Source: Chthonomonadales bacterium
GTDB taxonomy: Bacteria; Armatimonadota; Chthonomonadetes; Chthonomonadales; Chthonomonadaceae
DNA: 13,564 bases
Assembly: GCA_038217285.1 (NCBI GenBank)
Contig: JBBQPO010000166.1
Location: forward strand, 1-13,564
Direction: 5' to 3'
The stretch's first letter is position 1. Every line of letters begins with the position of its first letter. A program made the translations under genes and the position numbers. Below, one piece after another: positions 1-11,282 of the stretch. The notes beneath the pieces were generated by a model. It searched no databases. It was not told where the DNA came from and saw only the letters and a list, made by a program, of their open reading frames with translations.

Positions 1-51
1 GCCTCTTGACGGACAGTCGAGATTAGGGCAAAATGTAGGTTGTGGGTGCAT
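1..51 (-). CDS. N-terminus of a putative IS1-like transposase (partial): MHPQPTFCPNLDCPSRG
   Basis: ATG at 51 lies 5 nt after AGGAGG. FCPNxxCPxRG resembles the N-terminal Zn-ribbon of IS1-family transposases. Only 17 codons are visible. Confidence 0.6.
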   Translation of the reverse strand, partial: MHPQPTFCPNLDCPSRG

Positions 52-138
52 GGAAACCTCCTAAGTTGGATGTGGTAATCAAACTTACGAAGGACATGCC
101 CCACTTTTCACATTTTCACCGTTTGATGCGGTTCTACC
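1..138 (-). mobile_element. Left end of an insertion sequence, probably IS1-family, inserted in the YhcG/DUF1016 gene; runs off the window
   Basis: YhcG similarity stops abruptly at about 138-141. The minus strand then reads GGTAGAACCGCATCAAACGG... into more AT-rich sequence with an AGGAGG RBS (62..57) and a new ORF starting with a CPNxxC zinc-ribbon motif. The exact boundary is uncertain within the C-run 137-141. Confidence 0.65.
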
Positions 139-926
139 CCCGGCGCTTCCGGCGCAAACTTTCCGATTTTTAGATCGATCACCACATAGCAGTGTAAGTG
201 GAGATGGTAGAAGAGGAGATCGATCTCGAACTCATCACCGCCTACTGTGAGCGGATAAGGACCGCCGACAAAGGCGAAGCCGCGCCCCAGTTCCAGCAAG
301 AATTGCCGAATGTGGTTGAGCAAACCTTCTTGCAGTTCGCGCTCGCGGGCGTCCTTGTGCAGGGTGAGAAAATCGAAACTGTATGGGTCTTTGAGCATCT
401 GCTGCGCCAGATCCGACTGCGGCGCGGGCAAGGTACGCTCGAAGTTGGTGATCGCCTTGCCCTGTCGCGCATACAGGTTCGTCTCAATCTGGTGCGTAAG
501 GACGTTGCGGCTCCATCCATGCTCCACGACAGCTCGGGCGTACCAGAGACGCGCTTCGTTGCTTTTCACTTTGTCCAGCAGAATGCAGTTGTGAAACCAG
601 GGAATTTGTCCAGCAACCTGCTGGACTATTGCCTCGTCGGGGTAGGCTTCCGCGAACGCGCGCATATAGAGCAGGTTCGTGCGCGAAAAACCCTTCATCT
701 CGGGGAACGCGCGGTGTAGGTCGGTGGAAAGGCGCTGGATTACCTTTGCTCCCCATCCCTGTTCCTGTTGCCGCGCCAGAATGTCGCGTCCAATAGACCA
801 GTAGAGCTGCACCAGTTCCGTGTTGACGGCGAGCGCCGCCTTAATTTGCGCCGTCTGAATGCGCTGCTTTACGTCGTGCAGGAACGAATCGTAACCGGAA
901 AGATTGGGCGGCGTCAGATCGCTCAT
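108..926 (-). pseudogene. YhcG/DUF1016-family PD-(D/E)XK nuclease-domain protein, 3'-truncated by IS insertion
   Basis: Family motifs AVNTELVQLYWSIG, GWGAKVI, GFSRTNLLYMRAFA, LKDPYSFDFL, FLLELGRGFAFVG and IDLLFYH...VVIDLK are present. After GKFAPEAPG the expected GKMNFYL-type continuation is replaced by VEPHQTVKM* read from IS sequence. ATGA overlap with the hsdM stop. Confidence 0.85.
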
Positions 927-2440
927 GCGTCTACCTCGTGTCCTTTCAGCATGGCGCGAAGCCGCGCCAATCCCTCTTGAATGTCACACTCCAGCACTGC
1001 CAGTTCGTCCAGTATCTGCTCCGGCGGATCGTAGTGTACCGTCTCCTGCACGACTTCGCGATACCGGTTGAGGCTCAGGTCGTAGTTTTTGGCCGCAATG
1101 TCGGCTTTCGGCACAGTGAACGACTGCTCTGTGCGTCCCCTGCCCTCTTCTGCCGCCCGATTTTGCCAGCGGGCCAGAATGTCCGGGAGGTTGTTGTGTA
1201 TGTGCTTCGTGCCGTCGAGCGGCGTCCGCTTGTCGTCCAGTGAGAAGCCGTCTGCTTCCATGGCGTAAAACCAGACGTTGTCCGTGCCGCCCGAATTGGT
1301 TTTGGTGAAGAGCAAGATTGCGGTGGAGACGCCCGCGTAGGGCTTGAAGACGCCGGACGGCATGGAGATCACGGCGTCGAGTTTCTGGTCTTCCACCAGA
1401 ATGCGGCGCAGGGCTTTGTGCGCGGTCGAGGAGCCAAAGAGAACGCCATCCGGCACAATGATCGCGGCGCGACCGCCGGGTTTGAGGAGCCGCAAAAACA
1501 GGGCGAGAAAGAGAAGTTCCGTCTTCTTCGTCTTGACGATTTTGAGCAGATCCTTCGCGCAGCTCTCGTAATCCAGAGACCCGGCAAAGGGCGGATTGGC
1601 GAGAATGAGGGTATACGCTTCGTCTTCTCCGGCGTGTTCTTCCGCAAGCGAGTCCTTGTAGCGAACGTTCGGGTTTTCGATGCCGTGGAGGGCCAGGTTC
1701 ATGCTCGCGATGCGCAGCATGGTGTTGTCGAAATCGAAGCCGTTGAAGAGCGCTTCGTTGAAGTGGTGGAGGCGGGCGGCATCGGTGAAAATGGCGGGAT
1801 GGGCCTCGCGCAGATACTCGCCGGTGGTGACCAGAAAGCCGCCCGTTCCGCAGGCCGGGTCGCACACGATGTCGTCGGGACGGGGTGCGGTCATCTCCAC
1901 CATCAGGCGAATGATGTGGCGCGGTGTCCGAAACTGCCCGTTCTGGCCGGCACTGGCGATCTTGCCGAGCATATACTCGTAGACATCGCCCTTGGTGTCG
2001 CGGTCCTCCATGGGGACGTGATCGAGCATGTCCACGACGCGCGCCAAAAGTGCTGGCGTCGGAATGGTGAAGCGGGCGTCTTTCATGTGCCGCGCATAGG
2101 TGGAATCTTCGCGCGCGCTTTGCAGGTTCCGCATGAAGGGAAAGACGCTGTCGCTGACCGTCTCGAACAGGGTCTTCGCCTCAAAGTGCTTGAAGTGCGA
2201 CCAGCGCAGGTTTTCGTATGGAACGTCCCTATTCGTGTTGCCTTCCGGGAAAATGCGGTTCTCGACAGGGCGATTCAGCCGGTTGGCTTTCTTCTCCTGC
2301 GCGGTGTGCAGTTCGTCCAGACGCTTGATAAAGAGCAGGTAGGTGAGCTGCTCCATCACTTCGAGCGGGTTGGCGATGCCTCCCGACCAGAAGGCGTCCC
2401 AGATGCGATCGATCTGGCTTTTGAGTTCTCCGGTAATCAT
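923..2440 (-). CDS. hsdM: Type I restriction-modification system methyltransferase subunit (N6-adenine)
   Basis: 505 aa. N-terminus MITGELKSQIDRIWDAFWSGG...EQLTYLLFIK, GQFRTPRHII, SAM-binding motif I DPACGTGGFL, catalytic NPPF, IVPDGVLF and C-terminal YDLSLNRY. Confidence 0.95.
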   Translation of the reverse strand: MITGELKSQIDRIWDAFWSGGIANPLEVMEQLTYLLFIKRLDELHTAQEKKANRLNRPVENRIFPEGNTNRDVPYENLRWSHFKHFEAKTLFETVSDSVFPFMRNLQSAREDSTYARHMKDARFTIPTPALLARVVDMLDHVPMEDRDTKGDVYEYMLGKIASAGQNGQFRTPRHIIRLMVEMTAPRPDDIVCDPACGTGGFLVTTGEYLREAHPAIFTDAARLHHFNEALFNGFDFDNTMLRIASMNLALHGIENPNVRYKDSLAEEHAGEDEAYTLILANPPFAGSLDYESCAKDLLKIVKTKKTELLFLALFLRLLKPGGRAAIIVPDGVLFGSSTAHKALRRILVEDQKLDAVISMPSGVFKPYAGVSTAILLFTKTNSGGTDNVWFYAMEADGFSLDDKRTPLDGTKHIHNNLPDILARWQNRAAEEGRGRTEQSFTVPKADIAAKNYDLSLNRYREVVQETVHYDPPEQILDELAVLECDIQEGLARLRAMLKGHEVDA

Positions 2441-2578
2441 ACCGTTCTATTCGCCGTTTGCCTGCCGAACTCATTCTTGCCGTTCGCATCAAAGACCTTG
2501 GGGCAGGCCACCAGGCTTGCGTTGGGAATAATCTAAGGTCCTTCGATCCTCTCAATCGCCGTGCCCGAGCCGTTTACG

Positions 2579-3239
2579 CTATTGCAGCTTCACCGTGAGC
2601 CGCAGCAGCGTAAACGAATGCGGTGGGAAGGTTCGGCGGAACGACTCCGAGGCATAGGTAAACGTCTCCTGCTTCGGCGCAATATTGGTCGGCTGTTCGA
2701 CTGTGTTCACCGCGTTCGGGTCGCCCATAAGAACGATGGCCGTTGCCTTCGGATCGACTTGCCGGCCCCGCGAAGCCCGCGCCGCCTCTGGCATAGAAGG
2801 TGGCGGTGTATTTCGTGCCCGGCCGAATAGGAATGCCCCAGTAGCCATCGTTCGCAACGCCTGCCGTACTGCCGGTGAGGTCAAGACGCAGGCTGAGCGG
2901 CAGAGCGCTGCTGACCGGATCGTTGCGGTCGATATTCGCTTTACCGTCGCCGATCAGCGACCAGTGTACCGGCAGATCCTGCGGCGATCCCTGCGGCCGA
3001 CGGGGCGCGGGGTCCTGGAACGTGCGGTTCTGAACCAGTTCGGCAAAGAGTCCGCCGTCATAGCTGTGGTTGATCTCCTCCGTCATCAGTCCACCGAAAG
3101 TAGGCGGGATAACCGGGCCATGCTTACTCAGATCGATGTCTAGATTCGCCTTGACATCGGCTCGTATTCCTTGCATCGGCAGGCTGCTGAGAGCCGCGAG
3201 AAGTGCGATGCGCGCTGTTGTGGATGTTAGTCTGTTCAT
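2579..3239 (-). pseudogene. GH51 alpha-L-arabinofuranosidase with large internal deletion and frameshift
   Basis: From ATG 3239: signal peptide, then GLMTEEINHSYDGGLFAELVQNRTF and GVANDGYWGIPIRPG..YTATFYAR (GH51 N-terminal region, 159 codons). At about 2761-2765 it joins out of frame to a GH51 C-terminal tail (QVDPKATAIVLMGDPNAVNT...TFPPHSFTLLRL, stop at 2579-2581). Catalytic barrel motifs are absent. Confidence 0.85.
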
Positions 3240-3243
3240 TTTT

Positions 3244-6413
<3,170 letters not shown>

Positions 6414-6470
6414 AGGCTTTCCGGTTTCCGTGGTGACTCGCACATTGAAATGCCCCGGCGGATCGAAGCG

Positions 6471-7739
6471 CTATTTCGAGGCGGGCGCTTTGCTACTGGC
6501 GACTCGGATTATTGCATAAAAGGCTGGTTTGGGCTGATCGTTGCCGTCAAACAGCAGCGGTTTGCCGTTCGCACGCCAGGAGACACCGTCGTTGATACCC
6601 CACAGGGTGACGACTTTCACCGATTTGTGTTTGCGGAACACCTGGAAGAGATTAGCATACTGATCGGCGAGGCGCTGATTGGCGTCGTCCACCAGACCGC
6701 CCTGGGTGGTCGTCGCATTATTGGCAATATCCGCGCCGTTATTGCGCTGGCCGCCCTGCGCGCCGTTCACGTCGAGTTCCGTGACGTGAATGGGCAGACC
6801 CAACGTTTCCAGCTCCGTCAGCGCTCTCTCCTCCTCTTCAAACGTGGGGGAGGATACACTGACATGGGTTTGCGTGCCGATGGCCATCACCGGGACTTTT
6901 TTGGCCAGCAACTCCTTGATCAGGGTGATGAGTTTCTGGCGTTTCGCCGGGTTTTCCAGGCTGTAGTCGTTATAGCGGAGGATCGCGCTCGGATCGGCTT
7001 CGTGGGCATATTCAAAGGCTTTGGCGATAAAGTCCGGCCCGATGATCTGTTCCCAGGGCGAAGTCCGCAGGATGTTCGGGCCACCGTCGGAGAGAGCCTC
7101 GTTGACCACGTCCCAAACCTTAATCTTGCCTTTGTATCGACCGACGACTGTATGAATGTGCTCGCGCATCCTCTGCAGCAGCTCCTCGCGGGTTGCGTGC
7201 GGCCCATTTATATCGAAACCGCCGAATCCGCGGCCAGACCGGGCTCCTCCCGGATTTGCTCCCGACCTGTTGCCGGGGGGAGGCGGCGTCTGGGGAGGAG
7301 TTTTGGCCGCATCTGTCGGCGGAGTCGTTCCGGCGAACACCCAGCGCGGGGTCTGTCCATGCCAGACGAGCGTATGCCCTACGATCAGCATATGGTTCTT
7401 GCGGCCAAATTCCACGTAGGCATCCGCCGGGCCGAAATTATAGCCGTCCGCCCCCTCACGCGGATGAATGCTCTCCCATTTCAAGTCGTTTTCCGGGGAG
7501 ATCTGGTTGAACTGCTCTTTTGTCAGAGCAATATCTTTCTGAACCATCTCCGGGGTCCGATTGCCGCCGGCTTCCCCGGTGGCCACGGTGCGATTGATGG
7601 CCACGCCGATCTGAAAGTGGTGTTTGTAGGCGTCCTTCAAGGTCGGGGCATTGGCGACCTGCGCCGTAGCGCCCGTGGCCATGAGCAGTGCCGTGAAGGA
7701 GCCGAGAGATACGTTGCGGGCTGAGCGAGAAGTCTTCAT
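6471..7739 (-). CDS. Secreted GH10 endo-1,4-beta-xylanase
   Basis: GH10 motifs ENDLKW, GHTLVWHGQTP, WDVVNE (acid/base), YNDY and HVTELDV (nucleophile). Signal peptide ending ATA-Q. ATG 7739 follows GAAAGG. Confidence 0.95.
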   Translation of the reverse strand: MKTSRSARNVSLGSFTALLMATGATAQVANAPTLKDAYKHHFQIGVAINRTVATGEAGGNRTPEMVQKDIALTKEQFNQISPENDLKWESIHPREGADGYNFGPADAYVEFGRKNHMLIVGHTLVWHGQTPRWVFAGTTPPTDAAKTPPQTPPPPGNRSGANPGGARSGRGFGGFDINGPHATREELLQRMREHIHTVVGRYKGKIKVWDVVNEALSDGGPNILRTSPWEQIIGPDFIAKAFEYAHEADPSAILRYNDYSLENPAKRQKLITLIKELLAKKVPVMAIGTQTHVSVSSPTFEEEERALTELETLGLPIHVTELDVNGAQGGQRNNGADIANNATTTQGGLVDDANQRLADQYANLFQVFRKHKSVKVVTLWGINDGVSWRANGKPLLFDGNDQPKPAFYAIIRVASSKAPASK

Positions 7740-7779
7740 GAGAAGAGACCTTTCTTCCACACAGAGTCGCCATACACTT

Positions 7780-7797
7780 TGCTATTACGAAACAGCA
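7780..7797. promoter_or_regulatory. Putative LacI-family operator O1 TGCTATTACGAAACAGCA
   Basis: 18-bp imperfect palindrome with central CG; one of three similar copies in the divergent intergenic region. Confidence 0.75.
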
Positions 7798-7800
7798 CTA

Positions 7801-7818
7801 TGCTACCACGACGTAGCA
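7801..7818. promoter_or_regulatory. Putative LacI-family operator O2 TGCTACCACGACGTAGCA
   Basis: TGCTAC/GTAGCA arms and central CG. Centre is 21 bp from O1 and the site lies directly downstream of the leftward -10. Confidence 0.75.
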
Positions 7819-7819
7819 C

Positions 7820-7849
7820 ACTATACAGTATTCCACAGGGCGATGTCAA
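7820..7849 (-). promoter_or_regulatory. Sigma70-type promoter for the leftward (xylanase) operon: TTGACA-N18-TATAGT
   Basis: Minus strand has a perfect -35 TTGACA at 7849..7844 and -10 TATAGT at 7825..7820. Confidence 0.7.
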
Positions 7850-7900
7850 CATCATCCCTTGATTTCATCCCTTTCGAGCATGGAATTCTGAGGAAGAGGG

Positions 7901-7906
7901 TATACT
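7901..7906 (+). promoter_or_regulatory. Putative -10 box (TATACT) for the rightward ABC operon
   Basis: TATACT ends 2 nt before operator O3, mirroring the leftward geometry. No convincing -35. Confidence 0.45.
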
Positions 7907-7908
7907 GT

Positions 7909-7926
7909 TGCTAATACGAAATAGCG
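7909..7926. promoter_or_regulatory. Putative LacI-family operator O3 TGCTAATACGAAATAGCG
   Basis: Third copy of the palindrome, 15/18 identical to O1, upstream of the solute-binding protein gene. Confidence 0.75.
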
Positions 7927-8002
7927 TAGGGGCGTCCACAGTGACCGTACATGCTTCCTGCCACAAATGTTTGGAGTGCTATTCGTCGTTATGGAGAGTG
8001 CG

Positions 8003-9352
8003 ATGCGATTCTTCCCTTATGGCAAAGCGGCCCTGAGCTTCCTGATCCTCTCGCTCCTTTCCGGCAGTTGGATCGGCTGGAACGCAAAGATGGCGGCGAG
8101 CAGACGGACGCCGCCCGGCACGCAGAAACTCACGTTCTGGGTTTTCGCCAAAGCACACTACGAGGCCTATCGGAAGGCGCTGCCGGCCTTCGAGGCGGCG
8201 CATCCGGGCGTTCAGGTGGACATGCAGCTTGTATCGAACGATGGTCTCGCGGCGCGGCTGCAGAACTCGTTTCTGGCGGACCTGGATGTGCCGGATATGG
8301 TCGAGATCGAAATCAGTTCGTCGGGTACGTTCTTTCGCGGCCCGCTGAAGGATGTCGGCTTCGCGGATCTGACCGACCGCATCCATCAGACCGGCCTCTG
8401 GGACAAGATGGTCCACGCCCGCTTTGCGCCCTACACGAGCCGTGGCCGCATCTTCGGGCTGCCGCACGACGTGCATCCGGTTCAGCTCGCCTACCGTCGT
8501 GACCTGGTGGAAGCCGCGGGCGTCGATGTCAGCAAGATTCAGACATGGGACGACTTTATCCGTGTCGGCCACCAACTGACGAAGCTCAACGAGCGGTACA
8601 TGATCGATCTCTCCGACAGCAGCACAGACAATGTGGAGACCTGTCTCTTCCAGCGTGGTGGCGGCTATTTCGATCCGCAGGGCAAATGCATCTTCGATAA
8701 CGATGTCGCCGTGCAGACGCTGTGCTGGTATGTTCCCCTCGTCGCCGGCCCACACCGGATCGGCAACAGCCTCGGCGGCGGGCAGGTCCTCACCAAGGCG
8801 GTAGAAGACGGGTATGTGCTGTTTCTCGTCGCCCCGGACTGGCGCTCCAAGAGTTTCGAAAAGGACATTCCGCGCGTCGCGGGCAAGATGGCCCTGATGC
8901 CGCTCCCGGCCGTAACTCCCGGAGGAGCGCGCACGAGCACCTGGGGCGGCACCATGCTCGGGATCACCAAACGCTGCAAAAATCAGGATCTTGCGTGGCA
9001 GATGGCGATGCACCTGTACCTGGATAAGCCTCAGTTGGCCGAGCGGTTTCGCCAGACCAATATCCTGCCCGCTATGCAGGAAGCCTGGGACCAGCCCGCC
9101 TTCCACGAGCCGAATCCCTACTACAGCAATCAGCCGTTGGGAGACACCTACGCGCGTCTGGCGCCCAGCGTGCCGTTCCAGTACAGCAGCCCCTTTATAC
9201 AGACCGCAAAGGCGAAACTGGGCGCCGCGTTGGTCTCCTGTGTGCAGGAGTACAACGCCCATCCGGATCGCGACCTGACGCCCTTCGTACGCGCGACCCT
9301 GAAGGAGAACGCCGACGATGTGCGCAAGCTAATCGCCCGCAACCCGTACTAA
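8003..9352 (+). CDS. Sugar/oligosaccharide ABC transporter solute-binding protein (family 1, AraN-like)
   Basis: GGAG at 7993-7996 supports ATG 8003. N-terminal hydrophobic segment, then KLTFWVF, FEAAHPGVQV, PDMVEIE, GRIFGLPHD, YRRDL, TWDDF and WGGTMLGI. Followed by two permeases. Confidence 0.9.
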   Translation: MRFFPYGKAALSFLILSLLSGSWIGWNAKMAASRRTPPGTQKLTFWVFAKAHYEAYRKALPAFEAAHPGVQVDMQLVSNDGLAARLQNSFLADLDVPDMVEIEISSSGTFFRGPLKDVGFADLTDRIHQTGLWDKMVHARFAPYTSRGRIFGLPHDVHPVQLAYRRDLVEAAGVDVSKIQTWDDFIRVGHQLTKLNERYMIDLSDSSTDNVETCLFQRGGGYFDPQGKCIFDNDVAVQTLCWYVPLVAGPHRIGNSLGGGQVLTKAVEDGYVLFLVAPDWRSKSFEKDIPRVAGKMALMPLPAVTPGGARTSTWGGTMLGITKRCKNQDLAWQMAMHLYLDKPQLAERFRQTNILPAMQEAWDQPAFHEPNPYYSNQPLGDTYARLAPSVPFQYSSPFIQTAKAKLGAALVSCVQEYNAHPDRDLTPFVRATLKENADDVRKLIARNPY

Positions 9353-9360
9353 ACGCAAAT

Positions 9361-9417
9361 CCATCCCTCGTGGACAGTTCCTTTTGGACCATCCATTGTG
9401 GACAGTCCAGTGTCCAC
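9361..9417 (+). repeat. Intergenic 20-bp direct repeat plus hairpin between binding-protein and permease genes
   Basis: CCATCCCTCGTGGACAGTTC (9361-9380) and CCATCCATTGTGGACAGTCC (9389-9408) match at 17/20. GTGGACA (9398-9404) and TGTCCAC (9411-9417) form a perfect 7-bp stem. Confidence 0.6.
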
Positions 9418-9445
9418 CCTCTTCTGAACCGGTACAAGATCACAC

Positions 9446-10372
9446 ATGAAGAAGCCCGCTTCCGAAAAATCACGCTCGTTCCGACGGCAGCATAAGCTCG
9501 CGCCCTATCTGTTTATCTCGCCCTTCTTGATCACGTTCCTGGTTTTCGGCTTCTACCCCATTCTCCAGAGCCTGCGGCTTTCGCTCTACGCCACGAACGG
9601 CCCGAAAAGTCATGTGTTTGTGGGCCTGAGCAACTACCAGTTCCTGTTTGGGGACGCCGACTTCCGCACGGCTGTCTGGAACACCCTCGTCTACGCGTTC
9701 TGGTCGGTGTTCCTACAGTTGCCCCTGGCGCTGGGACTGGCCATGCTGCTCTCCCAGAAATGGATCAAAGCGCGTGGTCTGCTGCGAATGGCGTTCTTCT
9801 CTCCGAACCTGATGGGGCAGGCCTTTGTGGCGGTGCTGTTCGGCATCCTCTACGTGCCGCAATACGGCCTGGTGAACCGCGCCCTCCATCCCCTTCTGCC
9901 CCGCCTGGTGCCGCTGGATACGAAGTGGCTGCAGAACCCGAATCTCGTCATGCCCGCGATCGTACTGGCCTCGCTGTGGATGTATGTGGGCTTCAACATG
10001 ATCTATTTTCTGGCGGCGCTCCAGTCGGTAGATCAGGAACTCTACGAGGCCGCCCGCGTGGATGGAGCCAACGCCTGGCATCAGTTCCGGGCGGTGACCG
10101 TTCCGGGCATCAAGCCGGTGGCGGTATTCGTTCTGGTCACCGCGACCATCGGTTCGTTCCAGCTCTACGAGCTGCCCTATCTGATGCTGAACAACTCGGC
10201 GGGTCCGAAGAATGCGGGCCTCACGATCGTGATGTATCTCTATCAGCACGGATTTGTCACGGGAGATCTCGGTCTGGCCAGCGCGATCGGATGGTCGCTC
10301 GCGCTGGGCGTGCTCGTTCTCAGTCTGTTCCAGTTGCGCATGACCGGCGTCTATAAAGGAGAGGCCTCTTGA
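9446..10372 (+). CDS. Carbohydrate ABC transporter permease (MalF/AraP-like)
   Basis: Several TM segments, APYLFISP and FVGLSNY motifs, and EAA loop LYEAARVDGANAWHQFRAVTVP. Confidence 0.95.
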   Translation: MKKPASEKSRSFRRQHKLAPYLFISPFLITFLVFGFYPILQSLRLSLYATNGPKSHVFVGLSNYQFLFGDADFRTAVWNTLVYAFWSVFLQLPLALGLAMLLSQKWIKARGLLRMAFFSPNLMGQAFVAVLFGILYVPQYGLVNRALHPLLPRLVPLDTKWLQNPNLVMPAIVLASLWMYVGFNMIYFLAALQSVDQELYEAARVDGANAWHQFRAVTVPGIKPVAVFVLVTATIGSFQLYELPYLMLNNSAGPKNAGLTIVMYLYQHGFVTGDLGLASAIGWSLALGVLVLSLFQLRMTGVYKGEAS

Positions 10373-11199
10373 ACCCGAAAACCGGATCCACGATCGGTCG
10401 CGTCGCGACTCAGGTGCTGTTGATAGCGCTGGCGGCGATCGTGCTGACGCCGCTCGTCTGGCTGATCGCGGCGACGACCAAAGGCAGCAACGACCAGTTC
10501 CACTACACTTTCTTTGCCCCGACCGTGAGCGTGCAGAACTATGTGGACCTGTTCCAGAAGACGGATGTGTTTCAGCACAACTTGCTGAACAGTCTCTTCC
10601 TCGCCAGCACGACCGTTATCGTGCAGTTGTTCTTCTCGTCGCTTGCCGGTTTTGCGCTGGCGAAGTACGAATTCAAGGGCAAAAAGCTGCTCACCGTCCT
10701 GATGCTCGCGACGCTGATGATCCCCGGACAGTTGACCATGGCGCCGCTTTTCGAACTGCTGCATCGGCTGGGCCTGGTGGATAGCTATCTGGGCTTGATC
10801 ATTCCCGGCGCCGTCAGCGTGTTCGGTATCTTCCTGTTCCGGCAGTCCATCCAGGCCATACCCGACGAACTGCTGCAGGCGGCCCGCATCGACGGCTGCT
10901 CGGAGTTCCAGATCTACCGGGATATTGTGATGCCCGTTTCCCGGCCCATGATCGGCGCCTTTTGCCTGATCAGCTTCATGGGCACCTGGAACAGCTTCCT
11001 GTGGCCGCAGATCATTCTGCACAACCGTGACCTGTTCACACTGCCCATCGCCTTGAGCCAGATGATCGGCCTCTACAATCAAGAGTACGGCATGCTGATG
11101 GCCGGCACACTGATCAGCGTGCTGCCGGTGGTCATTCTGTTTCTCCTACTGCAAAAAGAGTTCGTGGCGGGGCTCACAGCGGGAGCCGTCAAGGGGTAA
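10369..11199 (+). CDS. Carbohydrate ABC transporter permease (MalG/AraQ-like)
   Basis: TTG start overlaps the previous TGA, with an AAGGAG RBS. Motifs LAGFALAK, EAA-type loop IPDELLQAARIDGCSEF, WNSFLWP and C-terminal GLTAGAVKG. Confidence 0.95.
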   Translation: MNPKTGSTIGRVATQVLLIALAAIVLTPLVWLIAATTKGSNDQFHYTFFAPTVSVQNYVDLFQKTDVFQHNLLNSLFLASTTVIVQLFFSSLAGFALAKYEFKGKKLLTVLMLATLMIPGQLTMAPLFELLHRLGLVDSYLGLIIPGAVSVFGIFLFRQSIQAIPDELLQAARIDGCSEFQIYRDIVMPVSRPMIGAFCLISFMGTWNSFLWPQIILHNRDLFTLPIALSQMIGLYNQEYGMLMAGTLISVLPVVILFLLLQKEFVAGLTAGAVKG

Positions 11200-11282
11200 G
11201 ACTGTATGTTTCCAGAAGGCGCGGGTAGTGTCGATTGTGGCCGCGTCGGCGCAAGGACCGGCTGCGAGGAGGAGGAGGATCT

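Noticed and set aside
140-155. CCGGCGC repeated at a 9-bp period beside the IS junction, as a target-site duplication
   Set aside because: A target duplication should flank both IS ends. Both copies are on one side and fit the native YhcG PExxG register.
9369-9418. DnaA-box-like 9-mers (TGTGGACAG and variants)
   Set aside because: All are mismatched, there is no AT-rich unwinding element or dnaA context, and they lie inside an ABC operon.
11268-11279. (GGA)4 microsatellite
   Set aside because: It is simply an extended Shine-Dalgarno sequence for the GH43 gene.
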